Part shown: piece after piece, positions 25,196-37,100 of the stretch
Position numbering within the stretch: position 1 is the first letter of the stretch
How the letters are laid out: each line of letters opens with the position of its first letter
DNA from: Carcharhinus longimanus
Taxonomy: Eukaryota
Assembly: GCA_030264375.1 (NCBI GenBank)
Contig: JASCQW010000112.1
Span: 47,551,803-47,615,802 of the forward strand
Direction of reading: 5' to 3'
DNA length: 64,000 nt
Notes under the pieces: model-generated
Seen by the model: only the letters and a program-made list of their open reading frames with translations
Told to the model about the DNA's origin: nothing
The model's database searches: none
Position numbers and translations under genes: made by a program

Positions 25196-26799
25196 TTTAT
25201 TCCATTGCAAATTACATTAAATTTGCAAATCCTTGCAGTCAGGTTTTTAAATGAATTCTATATATCTTAGCTGTCCCACGTATTCAGTATTTGCTCCTTG
25301 TCACCGCTGGACAAGCCTGCAAGATGCAGAAGATTGTCTCCCTGCCAGAGAGGCAAAGGAAGTTCAGGATCTGGTCCAATGCCACCAGAATTTTAATGGA
25401 CCCAACTCAACAGCTTTCAGCTCCTGTTCTCTGAAATACCCCAGAATATTTCCGCCTGCTGTTTTTCCTTATGAGTATACTGATACACATGACAATAATA
25501 AATCAAAATTAAAATCAATGTTCATGCATTCCTTGTCCTTTGATCCATACTGCTTTGTTTTCGAACAAACATTGAGCTCTGTTAGTGAATTCTGAACCAG
25601 GACCGTTTGCACTAAAGTGATTGAGTTACGTTTTGTGATTAGCTTTTAAAATCATAAAAACAATAAAGCAATAATTTCCCTAAAATAAGTACAAATTTAT
25701 GTCATTTTGGTGACAATCATAAAGAGCTTTACACTACAAGATGAAACAGGTCCAGCCAGGAGAATCGAGTGTCAGCCATTTCACAGGATTCATGCATGTG
25801 TTTCCGATGCATCTCCCAGAACTGAAAAACAGTCGCAGTTGGGACTGTGCTGGAAACCAGCAAGAAGAGAGGTAAGTGATTTCTGTTTTAAATATATTTT
25901 AAATGTAGTTTAAATGTCATTATCGGGCCTGGCATTGGACTTGCTGGGCCCGATAGCATCTCCCACCCCTCCAGGAGTACTCCATTCTAGCAGGGTTTAC
26001 ACTAGCTCCCCACCTGCTGGAATAAACAAGGGGCAATTGGGGCCCCCCAGGGGTTTGGACAGCAGGGGGATGGCACCCCCTGGGCATTGGCACCCGGGCA
26101 GTGCCATCTTGTGGCCCCTGGCACTGACCAAGGGGCAAAGCGTCCATGCCCAAGGACTGCCAACCAGGCATTGGGCTGTCCTGAAGGGGTGGGGTGTAGG
26201 GGCAATCAGTGGGGGTGGGGGGCCCCGCTGTCACTCTACATGGCAATCAGTCTAAGCTGGAGGGAGGCCAGTGATCAGGGCGGGCTGGGGTAGGCTGGTG
26301 GTCCGCCAGGGAGGGGGGAAGCCTGCCTCCTGGGAGAGGGGGACTGACCCTGAGGATATAAGCAGGGTGGGGTCCGCCGTGGTGAGGGGGTGGGGGGATT
26401 GCCACAGCTGGGTGCGGGGGACTCCACATCAGGGCACTCCAGGACAGGGGGGTCAGGGCTGGCCTGGGAATTGTTGTGGGGGCCACGATTGGGCCATGGG
26501 GGGGTGTTGGAGAGGCAGCAGTGCGGGGGTCCTGGGCTGGCCAACGATTGAACTGGCCAGATAACTGGGAGACTGACAAATTGGGACCACTTGCACATGC
26601 AGAGAGTTCCGGAGCTGACAGACTCAAGGGCGAATAGGCCCCAACCCTAGAATTTTAATGAGATTCCGGACTGGGACCTGTGCAGTGCACAGAGTAGGGA
26701 GATTCAGGTCTGAATATGCACTGATAAAACAATCGTGATCTAGAACAGTTTTCCCACCAATTCAGCACTTTTGGGAGAATCCCGCCCCCCCCCCAAAAT

Positions 26800-27282
26800 T
26801 GTGTGCAATTTTGTGGTCTCCACATTTACGAAAGGATAGATTTGCAATGGAAGCATTGCTGAAGACTCACTAAATTGGACCCTGGGATGAAGGGATTGCC
26901 GTTTAATGAGAGACTGTGTAAATTGTATTTATATTCAGAAGAATAAGAGGTGATTTCTTTGAAACATACAAGACTCTGAAAGGGTTTGATAGGGGAGACA
27001 CTGAGAGATTGTTTCTGCAGTTCAGGGACTCTGAAACACAAGGACACAGTCTCAGAAAAAGAGAGTGACCATTTAGGATTGAGATGAGGAGAAATTACTT
27101 CACTTAAAGGGTTGTAAATCTTTGGAATTCTCCACCCCTAGGAGAATTGAATACTTTTAAGTTTGGGAGGGACAGATTTTTTTGGTCTCTGAGGGAATTA
27201 AAAGAAGGAAAGTGGACAGGAAAATGGAGCTGAAACCCAAGATCCAGTATTGAAAGGTTAGAGGGTCATGTGGTCTCCTACT
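26800..27282 (+). mobile_element. CR1 LINE 3' fragment
   Basis: agaagaataagaggtgatttctttgaaacatacaag...gagatgaggagaaattacttcac...tggaattctc. Confidence 0.8.
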
Positions 27283-27380
27283 AAAAGAGAAAATGCTGGA
27301 AAATTTCAGCAGCTCTGGCAGCCTCTGTACGGAGAGGAAAGAGTTGACATTTCGAGTCCAGATGACTCTTTGTCAAAGAT
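27283..27380. mobile_element. Family B half copy (other partial copies ~1810-1880, ~34555-34660, ~58345-58425)
   Basis: aaaagagaaaatgctggaaaatttcagcagctctggcagc...tttcgagtccagatgactctttgtcaaag; minus-strand helix II GAGUC-aucug-GACUC followed by GAAA. Confidence 0.7.
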
Positions 27381-27644
27381 ATGGGCCATGTGAGCGACTG
27401 CTGCTCCTATTTCTCGTGTTCTTATAACTGGACCCTGCCCCTCCTTCCACCCATTTTACTGCCTGTTCTCCAAATGGGAAATCTCTCCTATTTTGTTATC
27501 AGGGCACCCTATCCAAAATTGATAAAAGGACCCTTTTATGGCTCGGCCTTCTGTAGTTAAACATTTGCTGGAGTTTTACAGTGTCAGAGTTTCCCAGTTT
27601 GTGAGATGACCTACTATCTGCAAAAAGAAAATTTCGCCTCTACA

Positions 27645-28300
27645 TGGCTCAGCTGATAGCACTTGAGTTAGAGGAGATCAAGTCTCAATCTAGAGGCTTC
27701 TTAAATTATTTATTACTGTCACAAGTAGGCTTGCCATTAAGTTACTGTGAAAATCCTCCCCCAGCACCTGTTTGGGTAGACTGAGGGAGAATTTAGCATA
27801 ACAAGCCAGCATGTCTTTCAGACTGTGGGAGGAAACCAGATCACCTGGAGGAAACCCAAGCAGACACATGGGGAACTTGCAGATTCCACACAGACACTGA
27901 CCAAGCTGGGAATCAAACCAGGGTTTCTGGCACTGTGAGGCAAGACTACTTACCACTGTGCCACTAAACATCACATTTAGGGTGACACCTCAATGGAGGC
28001 TGAGGGAATGCTGAACCACCAGAGGTGTCACCTCCTGGATGAAATAGTAAACATAACTACCCTCTCCAGTTGATGTGAAAGATCTCATGCGCCATTTCAA
28101 AGAAGAGCGGGGGGAGTTCTGCATATATTTAATGCCTCAACCAACACCAGTAAAAAACTTATCAGCATCACATCGCTGTTTGTAGGACATTGCAGTGAAA
28201 AAATTGGCTGCCATATTTCCCACATTGCAACAGTGACTACATTTCAAATGTACTTTATTAGTTGTAAAATGTTCTCTGAAATCCTACGGCTATGAAAGGT
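27645..28300 (+). mobile_element. Deu-domain SINE (SacSINE1/AmnSINE-like), old
   Basis: ctgagggaatgctg..cagaggtg...gatgtgaaagatctcatgcgccatttcaaagaagagcgggggagttct...cctcaaccaacacc resembles the Deu domain; head ggctcagctgatagcac at ~27646. Confidence 0.7.
27703..27965 (-). mobile_element. HE1-like SINE, alternative tail, nested in a Deu-SINE
   Basis: Reverse complement of the 6695-type consensus. Confidence 0.85.
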
Positions 28301-31300
28301 ACCATTCCTGTTCTTTTTATTGCTTGGTAATGTTGCGGTGCATGTCCTACTGCTTTTTATTCCACTTCATCTGGCCACACTCACATAGCTATTTGCCCAG
28401 TCCCTTGACTCTAATATTGCCATCATTCACTCTCAAGAACAAAAATTGCTAAGTTGTGGCACCTCTGTGCTGTTTGAAATTCAAACATTATAAATAGGCA
28501 AAATATTTTTAGATGAACAAAAATAAAGACTGAAGCAATGGTAGAATGCTTCAACAAACTGTGTTATGGATGTCAAATCACCTGTTAATAGAAAGAAAGC
28601 CCATAAAGATGTTATTTTTAGCCTGTGACTTGTGCTAGTTTTCCATGTTCACATTGACTTGGCCCACCACATGTGGGGGAAATAAAAATCTTGTATAGGA
28701 AGGAAATGAAGACAAGAGTAACTCAACCATGGGTCCTTTTTATATGTCTCCTTGCGACCAATTTAAGTATTGGCTAAGGGCCAGATCCCCTGCCTACCTC
28801 TTTAATGGCTGGTTATTGTATGCTGGGAAAGGAAAGAATTGTAATGCGTTCATACTTTGGGAAGGAGAACAACAGTTTATCCAGCCAACCTTTGCAAGCC
28901 ATATATTGATCTCCCTGCTGTTCTTTGAAACTGATAACACCATATTTCCTCTCCTATTATAAACCTGCCTTGACTTTCTGTTCCATCATTCTCTGCTGCA
29001 CAATTATATTTTGATCTTACCAAATATTGTTTGCTAACTACTTTGGACACCACAGTTTAAACTTGCCCTTTGCCTGACAGTGGAACTGCCCTGGATCCAA
29101 ATGCTTAATATCTGTGAAAATCCTAACTACCATCATTAATTCTTCCTACACACTCTGCCAAATAGAACAACAGAAAAATTAAGCCAATATAAATAAATAG
29201 TGGAAACAGCTATTCCAGTTCTCATAACTGAACCATAACAAGCCTTCATCTTATATTTCCAAAGTAAAATCAAAATAATTTGACGTGAAGTTAATTTAAT
29301 CAACCTATAAATTGTTATAGCACATATTTCAAAGAATCGCCTATTGTGAGCATATCATTAACAGAAATTTGTTTGCACCCAACAGATTAGTATTTGGATA
29401 TTGTAAAATGTTTAATTTGTAACATTTAAAGAAAAACATCATTTTAAAAGATAGACCAGTCCTAAGGACCTTATTTTAAAGTAATACTGTGATATTTTAA
29501 TTTTATATGATTGAAATTGCAAATTAATACAATATTTGGATGGAAAAGCTTTGTCCTTGAAGCATGAAGCTTGAGGCAGTCCAAGTACTTTACGAAAAAT
29601 GTATGCTCCATAAGCAAAGAAGTTTTTAATAATGGTTGCATACTTCACCATTAGCACTATTTTCTACATATATAATACTGTCACTTTCTTTTGAGAACAT
29701 TTTAACCCCAGGGTTACTTCTCTGGCTGCAGCCTATTGATTCCTTTTGTGTTAGATTGTCAATACTATGAAATGATTTTGAGGGGAAAAAGCCCATCCAC
29801 TTCAGATGTGATGCCTCCTGCATTACCTAAACTACAGCAGAACAATGATGGACAACAGAGCTTTTCTCCTCTCTGCCAATTCATTCCCCATGGCAACAAG
29901 GATAAGAACGCTTGTCTGGAAGAGCTTCAAGCTGAGGTCTGGGATAATAAAAAATGGAATAACATCACAACAATTACACTGATGAGTGAGAGAGGCCACA
30001 GATGCATTCAGACACCCACAACACTGTAGGTTTGATGCATTTAGTGTTTTGCTCAGTGTCTCTTGTATGTTGAGAGCAGGTAAATAGAGATTTTCAAGTG
30101 AAACGTGTAAGAGATATAATGTGAGTGGCAGCATGCAACCTTGGTTGGTTGATAAGTATACAGGCAGTTTTCAAATATATTGCCATCCACTTCTCCTAAT
30201 TTAAGACAACCTTTGCTTGGCACTTCATCATCATCTGAACCTTATGTGATTACCACTGCAGATAAGAATATGTCCAATACAAGTTGTCAATCTAAATGTA
30301 TCAATTTCCATAAATGGGAATAATATCCCCTTTTTACCTTAAAGTTTGCTAAAGCTTTGTCGTGTGGAGTTGACATCTATAAAGAAGCTATTTAAAATGT
30401 ATAACAATAATTGAAAATGGCGTATTTCATTTTCATGGGCTGGAAAAATAACTTATTTTCCCATATTAGAGTTCCTAACAGGAAGCTTCATGAGTTAGAA
30501 TTCTTATCATGAAAGGCTATTCACTATTGTGCATGCTTAGAACAGTCAGGCCTAATCACTTTGTATTGTTTCACAATATTGTTATCAAGCATAGATAGTG
30601 GTGCTAGATTAATTTGTGATCTGGTTATAGATTGTATTTTCTCTGATAATCTGATCAGTAAGCACATTTCATTTTGTGCCAGTTGCATCTATTCTGCCCC
30701 TTGTTCTCCCTTAAAGAACATTTTCACATCCACCCCAACTCCCACAGTACCAAAAGTAGGTACAGTATCCTAGATGTGGTCAAACCAAGAAATCTGCATA
30801 TGGATAGAATGGTCTCCTACACATCTGCTGAATGGTTCTATTAATGCAACCCAATACACTGTTTTCTTGGCTCTATTATGATGTTTTCCTCTTCTCTCCA
30901 TATAACCATGAGGGGGTTGTGGTGTACTGGCCATGAGAAAGGTTAAAATAAAGCTACAAGCTCCTAGCTTAAGTTTACCTAATTACTCAGGTTGGTTTTA
31001 TGTAAGAACACTGTAGACTTAGGGGCGAACTGACAAAAGATATATTAAATAATGAAAAAGCTGGATTATGTGCCAATCGCTAGATTATTTCTAGTTGACA
31101 GTTTGGGGAATAATCAAAGAACATATATTTTAACTACCCCCAAGAGTTTTCCCAGAGAATAGTGAGACTCAGGTGACACTTCAGTTTATGCAGTGAGTGC
31201 AACCTCTCAGCACACCTCCAAAGTGTGAGCTGGTTGTTGGTGGCAGAGATCGCATCATATTAAAAGGCAAGTGGATTAACAGTTAACTATTGCATGGTTA

Positions 31301-31593
31301 ATCTGAACTTCTGCTCCAGGTTCAATCATCTGAAAGGGTTGGAAGGGAAGTTACCAAGAATTTACTTGCTAATTCATGCTGTTTCTTTAACTTCTGGTTT
31401 GTTAGCCTCTCTGAGAGATGACATGGCTATGAGGTGTTGGAAGTATCGTGGCATGAGGCTCCAGTAGCCAGGCACCAATAGCATTGCTTGCCTCTGGTGT
31501 CTAAACCTTGGGATAAGAGGGGAAGATACAGTCAAGCAAGTTTCTGGGTGAAACTGACTAATCGAACAGGGGAAGAAACAAACACAGTCCCAT

Positions 31594-31693
31594 NNNNNNN
31601 NNNNNNNNNNNNNNNNNNNNNNNNNNNNNNNNNNNNNNNNNNNNNNNNNNNNNNNNNNNNNNNNNNNNNNNNNNNNNNNNNNNNNNNNNNNNN
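31594..31693. other. 100-N assembly gap (others: 1201-1300, 11250-11349, 18146-18245, 38633-38928, 39557-39596, 51454-51553, 63595-63694)
   Basis: N runs in the sequence; the exactly 100-N runs are probably placeholders of unknown length. Confidence 0.98.
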
Positions 31694-31728
31694 TCCCAGA
31701 GCTAAGAGATGCTTTTTATCCTTGACAG

Positions 31729-32211
31729 GATCGAGAAAGTGACGGAGAACAACATGACGGTCAAGAAGGTGCCGATAAAAATCGTCCGGTCGGAGAGCCA
31801 GACGGAGAAGGAAAGCCGGCACAACCTCCTGAACAGCGTGGGCCCGGCGGGCTTCGCTGACCAGGAGCGGGCGGAGCGCATCGGCACCTGCCAGCACCCT
31901 CACTCCCTCTTTGCGGCCTACTCCAGACAGGAGGCCGGCCTGAGCGCCGGGCCGGCTGAGGCGGCAGCCGGCAGCGCGAGGGGGAGCGAGGAGAGGAGCG
32001 TCGAGGACATCAAGTCGGAGGAACTGGCCAGGGAGATCGTCGACAAGGACCGCTCCCTGGCCGACATTTTGTACCCGAACTCCAAGATGAAAACCACCAT
32101 GGATTTGATGGAAGGAATATTCCCCAAAGACGACACCTTCTTGCAGGAAGCACAACAACGCAGGAAACTGCCCCCCAGCCGATCTTATTCACCCAAGCTG
32201 ACGGAGGAAAG
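31729..32211 (+). CDS. shroom2: Shroom2 (APXL) internal coding exon, region preceding/entering the ASD2 domain
   Basis: Acceptor ctttttatccttgacAG (AG 31727-28) and donor AG|GTAAGG (GT 32212-13); 483 nt, phase 2-2, no stops. The translation RIEKVTENNMTVKKVPIKIVRSESQTEKESR...[57 protein letters not shown]...SPKLTEER closely matches human SHROOM2 as I recall it ([31 protein letters not shown]...[36 protein letters not shown]). Confidence 0.92.
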
Positions 32212-32244
32212 GTAAGGACGTGGATTAATGGTGGAATCCCTACC

Positions 32245-33060
32245 GTGCAGGAGGGGAGGCCATTCGGCCCATCGAGTCTGCACCGAACGCAACCCCACCC
32301 TATCCCCATAACCTCATGCATTTGCCCCAGCTCGTCCCCCTGGCACTGAGGGGCAATTTACTGTGGCCAATCCACCTACACGTTCAATGTGTAATTTACA
32401 ATGTGGCCATTGCTGGCAGTGTTCGGGAGTTTATTGGCTTCTCGTGCAAACATCGGGGTAGCAGATTTTACGCAATGGCCTTGATTGGCTGTCTGTGCGG
32501 AGTTTGCACATTCTCACCGTGTCTGCGTGGGTTTCCCCTGGGTGCTCCAGTTTCCTCCCACAGCCTGAAAGATGTGTAGTTTAGGTGGATCGACCATGCT
32601 AAATTGCTCCTTAATGTCCAAAGATCATAGAATGCGACAGTACAGAAGGAGGCCATTTGGCCCATCGAGCCTGCACCGCCCACAGTCCCACCCAGGTCTT
32701 GTTCCCGCAACACCCACGCACTTACCCTGCGAATCCCCCTATCACTAGGGTCAACTTAGCACGGCCAGTCAACCTAACCCACACATCTTTGGCGTGCGGG
32801 AGGAAACCGGAGCACCTGGAGGAAACCCACGCAGACACGAGGAGACTGTGCAAAACTCCGCACAGACAGTGGCCCGTGGTTGGACTCGAACCCGGGCCCC
32901 TGGCGCTGTGGGGCAGCAGTGCTGACCACTGTGCTGCCGTGCCGCCAGATGTGCAGGCGAGATGGATTGGCCACGCCAAGTTGCCCCTTTCTGCCCAAGG
33001 AAGGGGGTTGGTCAGGACTACAGCAACCCAGGTAAACGTCTGCCCGCCGCGAGCTAGCGG
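32245..33060. mobile_element. Cluster of nested HE1 SINEs filling the 946-bp shroom2 intron
   Basis: Minus partial copy ~32245-32385; plus copy from ~32487 interrupted at ...ccaaAGAT by a full minus copy 32626-32946, resuming AGATgtgcagg. Confidence 0.8.
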
Positions 33061-33157
33061 AGGGCTGGGGCCCCCGAGTGACTGAGGAGAAAGACCAGCC
33101 GCTTCCCGCTCGTGGTGACCTGTCTTTTTGTCCTTTCTTGGCTGTCTCACCCGCCAG

Positions 33158-33329
33158 GGAGGAAGAGATCCCGCCCATCGGAGCCTCCCTCACCACCAGC
33201 TCCACCTACTACAGCACATCCGCCCCCAAGGCTGAGCTGCTGAACAAGATGAAGAGCATGCAGCAGCAGATGGAGGAGGAGGAGGAGGAATCGGAAGACG
33301 AGCTCAACCACGACCTGACGGAGAAGAAG
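33158..33329 (+). CDS. shroom2: Shroom2 next coding exon (ASD2 N-terminal part)
   Basis: Pyrimidine tract plus cgccAG (AG 33156-57) and donor AAG|GTAATT (GT 33330-31); 172 nt, phase 2 in (compatible with the previous exon), phase 0 out. Translation [57 protein letters not shown]; [14 protein letters not shown] is the Shroom2-type motif. Confidence 0.92.
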
Positions 33330-33623
33330 GTAATTTACCCGCTCATTCATTCAGCCACGCCGGGCTGGGACCTCTGCTTAGAGTAGAGCGCAGCTGCTAA
33401 AACTGCCTGGTATGTCCGCATCCTGTTGGGAATTTTTGGGATGTGGGCATCGCTGGCAGGACGGGAATTTTATTGTCTCCTTATTGTACCGGGAAACTAA
33501 CATCGGGGTAGCAGGGTTAACACAATGGCTTTGATTGACTGTGCGGAGTTTGCCCATTGTGTCCACTTAGAATAAAGTGCAGTCCCTGGTGTGTCCGCAT
33601 CCTTGCTTGCGGGAGATCTCTGG

Positions 33624-33861
33624 AATGACTTGAGCTGATATTGCATTGAGAAAGCGTTGTTTAAAAGGTTTAAAGTTAAAGTTTACTTACTTATTAGTCA
33701 CTCAATGACTTGAGCTGATATTGCATTGAGAAAGCGTTGTTTAAAAGGTTTAAAGTTAAAGTTTACTTACTTGTTAGTCACTCAATGACTTGAGCTGATA
33801 TTGCATTGAGAAAGCGTTGTTTAAAAGGTTTAAAGTTAAAGTTTACGTACTTATTAGTCAC
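33624..33861. repeat. Tandem triplication of an 80-bp unit
   Basis: aatgacttgagctgatattgc...ttattagtcac units start at 33624, 33704 and 33784, with about one substitution per copy. Confidence 0.95.
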
Positions 33862-34160
33862 AAGTAAGGTTTACATTGAAACACTGTAATGAAGTTACTG
33901 ACAACAATCCCACCCAGGCCCTATCCCCATAACACTATGCCCTTATGCTATCTAGCCCCCCTGACACTAAGGGACAATTTAGCTTGGTCAATTCCACCTA
34001 ACCAACACAGCTTTGGACTGTGGGAGGAAACCGGAACACCCGGAGGAAACCCACTCAGACACGCAGAGAATGTGCAAACTCCACATAGACAGTGAACCAA
34101 GCCGAGAATCGAACTCGGATCCCTGGTGCTGTGAGGCAGCAGTGCTGACCGCTGTGGCAT
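33862..34160 (-). mobile_element. Chimeric HE1 SINE (alternative tail fused to a standard HE1 body at ~33900)
   Basis: ...aatgaagttactg|acaacaatcccacccaggccctatcccc... abrupt switch of subfamily. Confidence 0.7.
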
Positions 34161-37100
34161 GTGCCGGGAATAGGAAACATAAAATTGAATTAATAAAATT
34201 TGAAATTGAAAGCTAGTCTTTATAATGGTGACCGTGAAACTATCAATTGTCAGAAAAACCAATCTGGTTCACTACAAACTAATGTCCTGTAGGGAAGGAA
34301 ATTTGCCACCCTTATCTGGTCAGACCTATTTGTGACTTCAGACCCACAGCAATGTGGCTGACTCTAACTGCCCTTGGTAAACTATTCAGCTGAAGGGCAA
34401 TTAGGAATAGATGAGTGCTCACAACCCGAGTAAGAATTGAAAAAAAATACATATTTTACATTGGTCTGCTAGTTTACTAAAACTCAGTTTTTTACAACAT
34501 AAGAAAAAATAAATAACAAGACTTGTGAAATAAGTCATATCCCATAATTTAACACAAAACAAAATATTGGGATTCTGAAAATCTGGAACGAACTGAGAAA
34601 GTGCTGAAAAAGCTCAGCAGGTCTAGCAGCATCTGTGGAGAGAGAGAATCAGAGTTAACATGAGCAGCTTGGTTTAGTTATTTATTTACCGCATAATTAA
34701 TCAATCAAAGAGAATATATGAAACAAAGGGGTTTAATTTTTTGTGTAATTTTCAGAATTCTAACCCTACATAAAACCCTACATAAAACCCACTTAAAATC
34801 CTACATAAAAAATGGCCATTAAACAATTGAAATGTTTACAAACAGATTACATACTTCTTAACTTACCATTCCAATCTATGCATATACAAAATTTTACAGA
34901 AGCGATCTTGAGTGTAAGATGATTGTGATTGATACAACTGGTTTGCAGTTTCTGGAAAACTAGAATGTAATGTTAAATTATAGTCGCCAAAACATGGCAA
35001 ATCCCACACCATTTAATAAAGAAACAGAGCTTGATATATTCCATCACCATTAACTAATGATCCTAATCATAAATAGACTGAATCATGGAATGTGATTCTC
35101 AAAACACTTGTAAAGTTCCTCACATCTGAAAGTAAAGATTAAATTTGAGCTGTTCAGTCACAGTGGCTCTGACAGCATTATGTAACACATTCCTTTTCTG
35201 TTAAAAGTTGTCAACATCCAGTACAACATTATCTTTCTCTTTTATCCTCCTCCATACGTCAATAAAAAGGAGTTGTAAAAGTTAGTTGTTGTTTGATTAT
35301 TCCTCAGTGTCTTTGTAATATTGAAGATAGGGCAATGGAATGAATCTCATGATCTGCACATGTTGTGTAATGTTTACTATAATTAGTACTGTGGAGCTTG
35401 GATAGGAGCTGTCTTAATTTAGATTCTGACAGCTACAGAAAAGAGGGCTGATTTGGGCAATGAGTTTGGATAGTTCATTGATAATATGTGGCAAATTGGT
35501 TCACAAACAAAAACTAGTTTGTTCTCTATACCATTTAATGGTTCACCAGTCTTCAACTATCAAATGTTTCATATCTATTTCAAAGATTTCCCTATAATAA
35601 ATGTTACATTTAACGATCTATGGTTTTCAGGCAGATCTCATGATAAAGATTATTGTTAAGTCACTAGATTGCCAATATTCTGCGCATTTCTACTATTGCA
35701 TCAAGCTGACAAAAATATTGGCTGGAGTTCTTCGACCTCACACAAAATTCTCTGGTCCCACTACAGTGAACGAGAGATTTGGCTGAGCACCAGACAGCGG
35801 TGGCAGGGAATGAATGGCTGGAGAATTCCAGCTGTTATTAAAGCCTCACTAATTTCAGTTCCCATCGTAAATTTTCTGTGAGGGATAGTATGAAGTGAAA
35901 AGATACCGGGACAAGTGCAATTGAACTTGAACATTTCCTGCTCAAAGCTGTTTATCAAATTTTATTCTTCCCTCAAGCTTTTCAAATGAATGCAGTAAAT
36001 AAAAACTGAATATTCCAGCATGTTTAAAAATGATGGTATAGTGCGAGAATCTGAGGACAAGAAATTGCACTATTATTAAACAGATACTTTATATTTTACT
36101 TCATGGAGAAAGAGATGAGAAAGTTTCTTAAATTCGATATCAAGGCCAAGATTTTTGAGGAGTCATGGAAACTCCATATATCTTTCAATTAAGGATCTGA
36201 GGACAGCTAAGTTGTCCTCCCAGCAATAGGGGCAGGATTGCAACAATGTCATTAGCTCTGCCTCTCAATTCCCACCTCCGACATGAAAATCCGGTCACTG
36301 GAAATTCTTCAGCTCTCTGCATCTGGCCTGGGAGAAACTCCTTCAAATGGCAAGATCTTCATTTTGAGGGAAAGGATCAGGGTGGATCAGGTTCTGCCTC
36401 CAGGTGTAGATTGGAGGTGACTACTGGAGCTGACAAATGCCAACGCAAGCTATTTAAAAGAGTCTCTGGGTCTCTGTCCCTATTGTTTGCTCAGATTTTA
36501 GGCCCTCTGGGACTCATGCATCACATCCCCTTATCTCCCAGGTTAGGCTTGGATCAAAAAGTCCTTTTCTCATTGCTAACAAATCCCACTTTCATCAGTA
36601 GAGAAAAGTGAGTGGGATATGACACATACATAAAGGAAATCCTACGTCAATGCTGACCGACACAAACTTTCCATATTTTCACTGCAGTAAGATCCTTAAC
36701 CCAAGTGGGGAGTTACAAATTTTTAGAGTAAATGTAAATGCTCTTGAAGGTTAGAGAAGATCTCTGGAACTGTTAAGCTGTGAAGTTATTTTAAAAAAAA
36801 ATTAAATTGACTGCCTGTATCAGAGGTAAAAAAAAACGATCTAGCAGTTACATTAGTTGTCGATGACATTATTCTAAGGATTATCATCATGCCCTTTTAA
36901 TGCTTGTCTGCTTTCTACAACCTATAATTGTTCCAGCAGGGGGCCCTAAGTTCAGAGTTTGAAGCTCAAAGAGGTTGTTGAAGGATTATTTGTCTCTAAT
37001 GTGGGGTTATGAATGCAAGTCTATTTGTCTTTTTCTAAGGGTTTAAATTTTTGTGGAGATATAAATGTCTTGAATGGTCGTTCATAAATGGGAGTATTTT

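Noticed and set aside
25914-26627. Clusters of overlapping Gly/Pro-rich ORFs (also 17934-18791, 47873-48533)
   Set aside because: Stop-poor GC-rich repeat interiors, open in several frames at once.
31532-32158. 208-aa minus-strand ORF
   Set aside because: Antisense shadow of the GC-rich shroom2 exon; runs through an N gap.
31709-33386. ORF-track starts and stops for the shroom2 ORFs; alternative call as shroom3
   Set aside because: The ORF ends are intronic and the true limits are splice sites. The motifs VPIKIV.SES, EGIFPKD and [14 protein letters not shown] fit Shroom2 better as I recall the sequences.
33624-33861. CRISPR-like array
   Set aside because: Head-to-tail 80-bp copies with no unique spacers, in a vertebrate genome.
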